Source: Octopus sinensis (taxonomy: Eukaryota). From it: DNA of 64,000 nt. The translations under genes and the position numbers were made by a program. Positions 52,531 to 64,000 of the stretch are shown one piece after another. Under the pieces are notes generated by a model. The model did not search any database. It saw only the letters and a program-made list of their open reading frames with translations, and had not been told where the DNA came from. The stretch is taken from the NCBI RefSeq assembly GCF_006345805.1, contig NC_043009.1:38998001-39062000 (forward strand). Reading direction: 5' to 3'. Numbering within the stretch: position 1 is the first letter of the stretch; the number at the start of each line of letters is the position of its first letter.

Positions 52531-53304
52531 GCCTTGTGAGAACTAGGAATTGAGACGAAGGAGATAATGATGAAACCGAAAAAGCAAATTTGTCTTTGGT
52601 GGGATTTGAAGTCAGAACTAATTAATCACAACAACTTGTCCAACACTCTACTGATTATGTTAATCCTCCACCATTACAAGACAGAAAAAAGATGGTAATT
52701 TTCTAGCCTTATCTATCTTCCATAACATTCTCGTTTGATGTTTATAAGGAATACCATACACAATTCAATACTGGAACTGAAAATAGCATAAAACAGAGTA
52801 AAACGATAGCTCTAATTCTGAGGAAAAATGTTCTCTTCTTCCGTTTTATAGACTTTACAACTATTAATATAATACTTAACATATCATACATAATTGACAG
52901 TGTCTTCTTAAAAGGTTATTTACTGCTAATAATCCAATTAATGTCTAACTCATTCTCTCTATTTTTTTCGGAAGGTCTGTTTGAGGTGGATCGGTTTGAA
53001 AATAAGCTAGGCCTTCATTATTTGTAATTTCATAGTTTTCATTTTTGAGGCCCAGTTTGTATGGGATGTCTTTTGCATTGCTGTAGCGTGTTTGAGGTTT
53101 TCACTTATTTTCATGATGTTAGTAGATTGTAACGTATAACTGAGGGTGTGTTATGCTTCGAGGAATAGTTTTAAGAATCCTTCTATTACTTAGTTATATT
53201 GTTAACGTTAAGTACTACACCATCTACGTTGATGGTGTGTTGAGCTGCACTTCCACAAAAAGCGCATAAAGTTGAGTTTTTTACCTTGTTAATTAATGTA
53301 AGAT

Positions 53305-53377
53305 GGGGAATTAGCTCAGATGGTAGAACGTGCACACATTATGCAAGGGGTACCGGGTTCGATACCTCGATTCTCCA
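53305..53377 (+). pseudogene. tRNA-Ala-derived pseudogene (73 nt)
   Basis: GGGGAAT/ATTCTCC-A acceptor stem with the Ala-type G3:U70 pair, TAGCTCAGATGGTAGA A-box, GGTTCGATA B-box; anticodon stem unpaired and T-stem mismatched. Confidence 0.75.
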
Positions 53378-53397
53378 AACGACGTCTCTCGAATTTT

Positions 53398-53460
53398 AAC
53401 AGGAGCAGGCGTGGTTCTGTGGTAAGAAGTTTGCTTCCCAACCACATGGTTTCGGTTTCA
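53398..53460 (+). mobile_element. Family A SINE head fragment
   Basis: AGGAGCAGGCGTGGTTCTGTGGTAAGAAGTTTGCTTCCCAACCACATGGTTTCGGTTTCAG. Confidence 0.7.
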
Positions 53461-54141
53461 GTTGCACGCAAACACACATACAAACACAGGCACACAAACC
53501 CATATATTGAGGAAAGCATAGTAACTTATCGGTACAAAATGAGAGTTTTGATACATATTGTAGACTAAAATATTTGTTAATTTGTATATTTCTGATCAAT
53601 CTAATTTCACAGCGGTGGCAAACATTTCTGGACCATAGAAGAAATGCCTTGAAATGTCACAACCGAGGATAGCTTTTACAAAAACTGTTGGACATATTCG
53701 ACGCTCATAAGGCTTAAGCTTGATAGGACTATTTTGTAGTGGTATTTATGTTTGGTGAATACAAATTAAGCAAACCGCAAGCCCTGGAAAAAAATGTGAG
53801 GTATCTTAGCGGTTTTGATTGGACGAAGCTTGTTGCAGAGGCGTTTATTTCTCGTATGAACGTTGTATACTGTCGCAGCTGGTGAAATAAAGGTTTAAGC
53901 GACAATAAAAATGTACATTATGTTGATTCTGATGTAACCAAGGCGCTATAATTATATACATACATAGATACATACATACATGGATAAATACACACATATA
54001 ACTATATAACATGTGTCCGTGCGTGTATGTGTATGTGTGTGTATGTGTCTCCGTGTGCGTGTGTGTACGTGTGTGATCATGCGTGTGTGTGTCTGTGACT
54101 TCAGTAACACTTGAAATAGATGAAAGTGGAGATATGAGCGT

Positions 54142-54185
<44 letters not shown>

Positions 54186-54673
54186 TTGTTGATCATATAG
54201 AATATTTTTTCAATTTTAAATTCGAAAATCTAAAGAAGGAAATTAACATAAAAACATACTTATGAAAGCATATTGATTTTTAACTGATAAGTTTAAAAGC
54301 AGGAGTATAGAGCTATACCATTTTATTATTTGAATAGGAATTGCGAAAATGTATATATATTATCCTATCCTTTCGACCAATGTGTATTTTCCTATGTCCT
54401 AACCAACAGTAAGCTTCAACAGTAGATGATATTCATCAGTAAACAGCTTCAAGGAATTGAATTTTGTAAAACATGGCAGCCTTGAACATAAAAACGAAAA
54501 GGAGAGCAATTATGAAGAAATGGGCAAAGCTGTTTCATGTAAAAATATTGAAAGTTTATAAAAGATTAAATTTTCAATCTCTTTGGGGTTAATTCTGCCA
54601 TTTTTCAACATATATTTAATAAACGTTCATGTATGTAAATCGAATATATATATGTATATATATATATATATAT

Positions 54674-54710
<37 letters not shown>

Positions 54711-54822
54711 ATGTGTGTGTGTTTGCATATATATGTAAAAATGTGTGTATATATATGTATATATGTGTATATATACATATATGTATATATAAGTGTATAT
54801 ACATAGGAAGAATATATATATA

Positions 54823-54887
<65 letters not shown>

Positions 54888-54904
54888 ATGTATATATACA
54901 CCGA

Positions 54905-54935
<31 letters not shown>

Positions 54936-56287
54936 ATATATACATCGATGTGTGTGTGTGTGTGTGTGTGTGTATGATCTATATATATATATAGGATGTT
55001 ACCTTCGAGAACGAAGAAAAAATATTTATTGAATAGATAAGAAGAGAAGGAAAGAAGCGATTATTTTCGAAATTGGTGTAGGAAACGTCGTCTTTCAGTA
55101 TTATTCCCTTATATTGCGTTTTATAAAGACATTTAATGAGTTTGTGGAAATTGCTCAACTATTAATAACGTCAACTGGAATGCCATTCCCTTTTTTTCTT
55201 AAGGAACTTAGGTATAATAAAGAAAACTCAGAAAGTAAATATATTGAATATCTGCAAACTCAATATCTTTCTTTTTTTGAAGAATAAAAAATAGAAAGCT
55301 CGTTTTGACAACATGTAATATTATACCAACCTCTTCCTTATTTAATCGTTTGTGGAGAATGATTCTTCAGAATTGAAATTAAATCGTAGATTGTGTAAAA
55401 TCTGGTGAAATTGAGAACATAAAAAACCTAAAGAGAGTCAGGTAGGTGTAAATGATTGCTATACAATTCAGTTTCCTCCATTCTATCTATATATATATAT
55501 ATATATTCCTTGCAGGAAGCAACAATAATTAATCGAATATAAAGGGATCGTAAGAAATATGTTCTAGAGTTGCAATCTTCACTCTGAAGGAAAAAATCAA
55601 ATAAAGTAATAAGATAAAAATTGATTTTGTGAGTGCGCTTCGGAGGATAAATAGGATAAAAACGATAAAAATGATGGACAAGAACAGTATAATATATCTT
55701 AGTTTAACCTTATCGTATCACATCTCATAGGATAAAGCCATATAGGCAATTCTAGTTAAAATTTAAAGTAACTGAAAGGAAAGAATTTCAAACAAAATAT
55801 TTCGCTTTTTATCGAGTTAAAGACCACCGCAGGATATTCTGCTTTCCCATCTCATATTTGCGGACGTTGACTACCGTGAACCTGGGGCATACGTTGTAGT
55901 GTTTAGTTTATGAAAACAACCACAATATTCATCTTTTAACTTTGTGGTTTTCTATCGATGAATTTTTTGTTGCACTGCAAGTTTGCAGGAACGTAAAAAA
56001 AAACCCTAAAAATGTCCTCAAAAATTCAGAAACATTCGAGAATGTTAGAATACTGGAGATGCACACTCACACACATATATATATACACACACACAGACAG
56101 ACAAATATATTTGCTAAGTGTGCGTATATCTGTATATATGTGTGTATATATGTACATATGTGTGTGCGCGTGTGTGTGTGCGTGTGTGTATGTCTGCATG
56201 TATATAGGTATGTATATATGCATGTATGTATCTATTCTTTATTCTTCTATTTTTTATGTATATATATGTATATGTATATGTGTATAT

Positions 56288-56334
<47 letters not shown>

Positions 56335-56436
56335 AATATATGTATATATATATATATATATAGGTATATATGTATGTATATATATGTATATATATATATA
56401 TATATATATTTCTATATATATATACATATATATATG

Positions 56437-56513
<77 letters not shown>

Positions 56514-56545
56514 AACACACACATATATATATATATATATAAAAT

Positions 56546-57242
56546 AAAAATAAGGGTGAAAAATTGGATATTAATTTTTTAATAACATCAATTTAACACC
56601 CAAAGATTTAGAGCATAAAAACTGGGATACAGTAAAAATTAACACACAAATATAAGAGAAGGTCCACTATGTGGACGATCTTGCGCTAAAAGTAGGTCTG
56701 CAATGGTCTCAACCACCCAGTAGTGGACCATTTCTTATATTTGTGTATTAATTTTTACTGTATCCCAGTTTTTATGCGCTAAACCACTTGGTGTTAAATT
56801 GATGTTATTAAATTAATATCCAATTTCTTCACCCTTATTTTTGATTTTAATTATACTGCAGTAAATTATTTATGCAGTATTTGTTTCCGTCAATTTTGGC
56901 GCGCTATAACGAGGGCATTCGAATCATAACTGCGAATATAATAGACTGAACTACACGTGTGTTTGGCTTTATGTTAAAATCTGGCGTGCGGTTCCATAAC
57001 TTATATTCATGACGAATTCTACTGATGAGCTGTGGATCTATTATGTAAGTAACATTGCATAATCCATTAACAGTGAAACAATTGTCTAGAATTAATCTAC
57101 AATTTTGTTATTTTTCATTTGTCCTGCTTGTTTACGTTCATAGTTGTGCTAATTCTCCTTGGGAACAATTCTTGGTGGTTGAGACCATTGTGGATCTATT
57201 TTTAGCGCAAGAGCGTCCACATAGTGGACCCTCTTTTATATT

Positions 57243-57250
<8 letters not shown>
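56546..57250. repeat. Nested inverted repeats (PLE terminal-repeat-like fold-back)
   Basis: Arms 56546-56669 and 56721-56842 are inverted (about 90% by eye); 56645-56717 recurs inverted at about 57172-57250; CTGATGAG at about 57022. Confidence 0.8.
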
Positions 57251-57286
<36 letters not shown>

Positions 57287-58715
57287 CATTTAACTCATAC
57301 AGCTGTTGTTTTCACACTCCCCTTCGTCTTTTGTTTTGTTTGTTTGGTTTTTGTACGTTGCAGCTTATATGCACATATATAAATATATATACATATGTAA
57401 ATATAAGTGTGTATATACGTACACATATTATTACATATACTCACCATGTACATTAAATATTTATATAATATAAATTCAATTTGAAATGTATGAATTAATA
57501 GAACCATGTGGTAAATAGTAGAATGATCCTCCAGTGGAACTGGCTATATGCCACATAATCGAACACCGAGAGGTGTAGTGTAGAATACTATGCAACCGAA
57601 ATCAAGTAGATACAGCCAATGAAATTATTTCATGAGACGTATATAAAACATAAATAGTTCGGAAGTATGAGAGATGAATATATTTATTCCATTGGATATT
57701 ACGTCATGAAGGCTGGGAAACGGCTGTCATCTGACGGATACCGATTCGTAAAATATATATAGTCATCTCATACCTCTTGACTTTTGATAAGTTATTTATG
57801 AGGTATACACACGCGCGCGCGCACGGTGTGCGCAGGAACTCACACATATGTTAACCCTATTAACGAGGATTACTAAAAGATTAAATGTCCCTATCACCAT
57901 AATTTTTATAGCATGATTTGGATAAAATTTCCATATCAAATTTTAGAAAATGTTGCATGTGTCTACTGTTCCACTTACTGATTATACGACAGATGTTCAT
58001 GTTATTCAGCAGTCAGGTTGTCTTTGTAGTCCCCTATCTCAAGTTTTGAGATTAGTATTTGGAGAACCAAAATCGTAAATACAATTAGTTTCTGAATCTG
58101 AATCTCTGGAGTTAAAATGTATGCCTAGAAGTAATCGTCTATATTTTTCACTCATCTTTCTAGCTGATTATAAAAGAAGTGTTTACATCTTTGAAGCAGT
58201 AGATCTGTCTATGTATGTACTTTTAACTTTTCCGACAAAACGCCTTGTTAAAACGTATAAGACATGCAAAGTACATACACCTGCAAATCGCATACATATA
58301 TATGTGTGTATATATATATATGCGTTTACATATAAATACACACATACATATATATATACCTGTGCATATACATATACTTATGTATCTATAACCACACGCG
58401 TACACACACACACACCCACATTTATATATATATAACATGGACCATCATTGTCAAAGCCAGAAAATTTGTAATAAACATAGTGAAATATGTAAGAAACATA
58501 TTTCAACTAACCTAAATTGTGAAGATATATATATAGGATGGATTTCTCATCAAGAGTAGAGTCCACTGTGATCTGTGTGTAGGAGAGGTGCAGCCGGAGG
58601 GTAAGTATCCAAACGAATCCGTAAATGGTAGATGAAGAGTAGGTAAAGAGTCCAGTGGAGAAGTTTGTAGTGGTAAGAAAAGATAGGATCAACATGTGCG
58701 ACCACATATATATAC

Positions 58716-58759
<44 letters not shown>

Positions 58760-58764
58760 GATGG

Positions 58765-59400
58765 ATATACGCAGTTAAAATCCGTATGGTTTGGTGGTCT
58801 ACTATCACATGGATTTCGTGCTATATTCCAAGAAATATACAATAAGATTGGAGTATATGATTTTTCACAACTTAAATTTCTACTTGGTGACGGGGTTCAT
58901 CTTGTGCCCACGGAAACCTCGGAGATTCTTAATTTGATGAAGTGCAGCCATACACTGGGGTTGCAACATCAGCGGAGCTTCCTAGGCAACAGTATTGATG
59001 ACTTGGTTTGATTTGCGCGACATATATTTTTCGCAGGTTCGTATATTTAGTTGACCTGCAATTTTGTACCATGTACATCTTGAGTTTGGAGATTTGGTCT
59101 CTAAAATATTGCTAGGCGTCCATTCAATTTTAACAGGTAGTCCATATACTGAGTATAAAATCAACTCTCCTATTCTACAGCAAGTTAATGGAAGATATGA
59201 GCATCTATGACGTAAGTGTTACAGGGACATTCTGATTCGGCTTTTCTAGACTATTTGGAACTGGAAATTATGGGCAATTTATAAAGATTCTTGTTACTGT
59301 GGTGATTTATCTCTTAGAGAGAAACTGTACAGGTGTAGCTGTACTGGTGCCATCAGTTACCAGAATTTTTCGAGATATACACAGGGTGGATCTTCAGAAT
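58765..59400 (-). mobile_element. Decayed Tc1-like transposase remnant
   Basis: Minus QDEPRH (QDGAPxH-like) and RPPNHTDFNCVY (WPPNSPDLNPLDY-like). Confidence 0.45.
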
Positions 59401-59616
59401 GTTAAGTATCGAAAAGATCGTTGTTTTAAGCGTACCTATTTTCATTTCGTAATGAAATAGATAATTGTCTTCTTTTTGGTGGATATGGCTTAGAAAATTG
59501 TGTGGTAGAAAAGGTTTGTAAAGCTTGGAGAAATATATTTTAGTATCAGGCCAATGCTTTCCCAAATTCTTTAAGTACCACTTGAAGCCTAAGGTGAGAT
59601 CAGGGAACGAAATATA

Positions 59617-60008
59617 TCTATCTGTATATATAAAGCTGAAGTTGTCTGTGTGTGGCAGGTTTGGTAGCCTTCAACTAACACTATCTCATCCGAGACCCTG
59701 CGGCGCAAGTTGACCAAAATGGAAAGTATGAAAGAAGGCTTGCTCTTCATTCCATAGAAGATAAAATTCAAATCGGACCATGTTAAGACTAAAAATTATT
59801 TACACCAAAATATACTTTTTTTCTATGAAAATCCCTATTTTTTACGAATTTTTTGACTGCTGTGTCGCCATTTTTCGGTGTATTTCAACCAGAAAAAATG
59901 TTCCCTTAAAGAGAATAACAAGCTACATTATGCAAAATTTTTACTTTCCAAAAATTCCAATTCTAAAGGGTCGAAACAAACCCGAGCAACGCCGGGCGAT
60001 ACTGCTAG
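59617..60008 (+). mobile_element. Complete non-autonomous Helitron (392 bp)
   Basis: A|TC 5' end, GC-rich hairpin CCCG-AGCAACGC-CGGG (59981-59996) 8 nt before the 3' CTAG|T; no TSD. Confidence 0.85.
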
Positions 60009-60939
60009 TTTATGATAGACATGACTGACGCAACAGGATTGACTGAATAGGCTTACATTAAATATGCATCTCCAGCGTTATCACAGTAACACGCGCTACT
60101 ATATTAGGACAATCTGGGTGTACCAAAACATCCGAGGTGATAACCCTCCCCTATTTTTGAAATCCTTGTTGGTATTTTGTTATTTCGTACAGTTATAGAT
60201 ATTTCTTAATATCTACCTAACAATGTATGTTCATTTTATTGTAAATCTCCCTCACCCCCACAGTGTTTCTCCTTACAACTGTCTCAATTTCTTGGGACTC
60301 TAGTCCAATAAAATAAATTATTCTTATTGTTTTTACTCTTGTTGTTGTTGCTGCTGCTGCTGCTGTTGTTGTTATCATGTTATTGTTGTTGCTATCGGAG
60401 AAAAACGCTACGAAGTTCATTAATGCTTGTCGAAATCAGAACTTTTCCTGGGAATATTTCTTCAAGTTTATCGATTTTACAGTTGAAGCATTGCTATTCC
60501 TGGCTATTAAAATTAGAAAAATTAATCTGAATTTTGTGATCAATCAAATCTCCTGGAATGTTTTCTACTCCATTAAGTTTTACAAAACAAATTATTTTTC
60601 AGATATACTAATCTGCAACTTAATGGATTGCCTCAGCTCTCAAATAAATGCAAGTTTACTCAAATAAAACGTACAAGAAATTTCTTCGGTTTATCTAATA
60701 CAGGCTACTTGTATTCGCTTTGATGATTTCGTTTCGCGATAAGAAATTTTCTGAAAAATATATATAATTATGATACGTATGGGAGGACGAGTTGAGAGAA
60801 ATAATTGTAGATCACTCACCCCTACACATACACACACACATGCTCACAAGCACACGCGCACACACACACACGTGTGTGTATACATGTATTATGTATATAT
60901 TGATGACTATAATAAGCATACATCGTTACATATATATAC

Positions 60940-61092
60940 CTGTGGGTGTATGGCAAGAAGCTTGCTTCTCATTCACATGGATCTAAGTTCAGTACCACTA
61001 TATGGCACCTTGGGCAGGTGTCTTGCATTATAGCATTGGGCCTACCGGAACTATCTAAGTGGATAGTGGATTTCTTAGATGGAAATTGAAAG
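60940..61092 (+). mobile_element. Decayed family A-related SINE fragment
   Basis: GGTGTATGGCAAGAAGCTTGCTTCTC..GTTCAGTACCAC..GGCACCTTGGGCAGGTG. Confidence 0.65.
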
Positions 61093-61107
61093 TAAACATA
61101 CATACAT

Positions 61108-61160
<53 letters not shown>

Positions 61161-61615
61161 AATTAGATATGGGAGTGACAGTACTATTAAAATACCATCA
61201 CTAGTGGCAAGCGAATACCAGCCGTACAGGTAAATTAATAAAATATACACACAAACCCACATATATACACACACACGCACACACACACATACACACATAC
61301 ACACACACACAAATATATATATATAAGACATGTACTTATAACTATATATATATATATACACAAGGTTACTACATGGGTACCTGCATCGCTAAAGATAGAA
61401 GTTAAAAATACTTCTGTGCCACAGAATAGTCAAAAAATTAGTCCAGGCACGGTAGAAAAAAATTCCAGTGAACAATAAAATCATTTTACCTCTGCTAGGT
61501 TAGCGAAAGTAATGCTGGTTAATCTGATACCATGGTTTCGAAGGTAACTCCAAAACGGTGCCTGATTTCCTCAGTCAAAATCTGCCATCTAAGTACTACT
61601 GAAATTAACCCCCAC

Positions 61616-61679
<64 letters not shown>

Positions 61680-61856
61680 CTATATGTAAATGTTATATGT
61701 GGCAATTATTCGGTAGCCATGATAAAACTCCGAGAGAGTAAATATGAACTTAAACGAAAATAGAATATGTTATGACTAGTAAAAAACTTAGAACTGATGT
61801 AGCAATTCATATAACGCTCATGTCAAAAATACCAACTCCATTTACGTTAAAATCAT

Positions 61857-62080
61857 CTATTATATAAAATCTGTTCTGTCTGTGTGTGTGTGTGTGTGTG
61901 TCTTCTAGGATCTCGGGCATCCTCCATCCTATTGCACTCAAATTTGATCTGTAGATACCGACGGTATCAGGGAGTGTATAAGTCTTGAAAAAATTACAAA
62001 AATCGATTCCAAGTGAGAATGCGATTGATAAGCATATTTGTGTGAATATAATCGTTTTTCTTTGGAATAGAAAAAAAAAG
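61857..62080 (+). mobile_element. Probable 5' part of a second non-autonomous Helitron family
   Basis: A|TCTATTATATAAAATCTGTTCTGTC(TG)n start resembling 59617; no 3' hairpin/CTAG found. Confidence 0.5.
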
Positions 62081-64000
62081 TCCATCTTTATGTCTTCTTT
62101 TGCTGGTGTCTCAAATTTAGGTTAAATCAGTGTTTCTCAAAGGGGAGTCCTATGGGACGGTCGGACATGTTGTTTTGAGAAAATTTGGTTTAAATGTTTG
62201 ACAACTCAGCACCGTCCATTGGAGTGGGGGAGGGCGTTTTGCTCGTAAATTTATACGAAAATTGTTGCAGAAGTAATTATTCTAAAAATGTAAAGGAAAA
62301 ACAAACCAAAAACTAATCCCAGGAGAATCTTGTTTACGTTTCTTAACAGTTCAGTGATAAGGTGACCGTTAGAATAAGCCCTGGGATTGACATGATCGAC
62401 TACAATTTCGAAGGTGGTGCACCAGCATGGCCGTAGTACAATAAATTAAATAAGTGAAAAAATAAATAGGTAAAAGAATATTAGATAAAGAATTTAATTT
62501 TTATATTCTGGAATCCAATCACTTTAATCCGATATAAATTTTCCTCGTTAATTATGATTGAAATAAATTCATTTGTCTGAATGCCGCACTTTGGTATTAG
62601 TGAAAATGATTAATATTTGGAGTTAAATTTTAGAGAATTAGGGTACGGCCAACATGGATGGTTAAGGAGCTGACTTTGAAATCACGAGGACCCAGGTTCG
62701 ATTATAATACGTTGCATCTTGAGTGACTCGACACTAGCCTTGTGTGTGAAATTTCGTAGATGTAAATAGTGTGGAATCTCATCGGATGGTTTGTATTTGG
62801 AATTTCAAGATCCAGTATTCTCAGTCTGTGTTATGTTGACTCCTACTTAGACTGATACACATTGTGGAAAGTGCAGCCATCTTGAAATTAATTCAGTCAG
62901 TCGAAAGGCTCAATGCTCATCGTCAAAACTGTCGGAAATCCATTTAATAATTTATTTTTTAGAACGCACATATACAATTTGAAATATCTTGCTGTCGTGC
63001 AAAAATCTCATGTCATATAACAAAAACATAAAAATTTAATAGAATTTTTATTGTTTTGATGTGGAAGTCAGCGATTCTTTAAATATTAACGCAGCACTTT
63101 TCAGTAGAGTAACATTGTCTATCATAGCTGATTTATGTGTGAATTAAAGCTAATCACCATCTGTATGAGTTGCTGTCGGAATATGGTAGAGGTGACCTGA
63201 TAAATTGAATAAACAAAATCTCTTGAAATATATGATGTTTAACCATCTCACGTGTCTTTTCTTCAGTTATCAGGATTCGTACAAAATTATGCTAAGTAAC
63301 GCAGCTTTAAAATATTTTGAACTAATGGTATTGCGAATATTAAGCTGATTGAAAAAATGGACAGTACAGGAGTTTTCTCAGCTTTGTTAGTTTATCTTAA
63401 TGGTAATCAACGGATATGATGCTCTCAGAATATGATGCTCTTAAAACTAATTAAAAATATTCAATAGGAATGTTTGGCTTCTGATGGCCAGATATGCTGA
63501 TTCTCGTCTTCAGTGGTTAAAATAAATGAGTGAATAAATAAAAAAAATAAATAAATAGATAAAAATAAACTTTCAGTGTCTCAATACAAATCACAGGAGA
63601 GAAGGTGGAAGTCTGCTCTAATCTGCTGGAAACGTTTGAAATCAATGGAGACACGTAATATATTTTCAATGTGTTGACTGGGGATAAAATGTGGGCGTAT
63701 CTTAAAGTTCCAGAAACGGATTTTGAATGAGACCTAACTAGCAAGATGATGTATTTTGCATCAACGCTCTTTCACGTAGATATAAATATGGAGGTATATT
63801 TGTTTAATTTAGACAAACGTGATTTTAAAAGATAATAGAGATACAGGGTATTATACAACTTGCAAAACTTTACCTTTTAAATGGCGACAGGTGTGTGCTG
63901 CTTCAAAATTTGATTAGAAAATCGTTTACTGAAAAAATAGTGGGAATATGGTTCTTGGTTTCATAGTCATAGTCTTGCATTAAGAAACTAATTATACTTA

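Noticed and set aside
52960-53290. Possible further Penelope GIY-YIG remnant on the minus strand
   Set aside because: Only LKTRYSN-like similarity after frameshifting; too weak to call.

Overview
Repeat-dominated, AT-rich eukaryotic DNA. The SINE families, mariner and Penelope remnants and dense (AT)n/(AC)n microsatellites point to an octopus (coleoid cephalopod) intronic or intergenic region; this assignment is inferred from pattern recognition, not a database search. No intact host gene could be supported, and most ORF-track entries are microsatellite artefacts (IYIY, CVCV, HTHT, poly-E/L/R). Recognisable content: many tRNA-derived SINEs of about three families, three decayed mariner transposons, fragments of Penelope-like elements (PLEs), non-autonomous Helitrons, decayed LINEs (R4/Dong-like, CR1-group, RTE-like), Ty3/gypsy remnants and a tRNA-Ala-like pseudogene. 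The most notable items are: (1) a 2.26-kb insertion (16818-19077) bounded by a 16-bp target-site duplication inside a SINE head, encoding only a Tx1/L1-type zinc-knuckle ORF1 with no RT or endonuclease and carrying Inr+DPE and 5'-intron signals; (2) a well-formed type I hammerhead ribozyme (50042-50146) downstream of a Penelope GIY-YIG domain, plus several other hammerhead cores lying in or beside fold-back inverted repeats; (3) a 143/145-bp palindrome ending an extremely AT-rich block.
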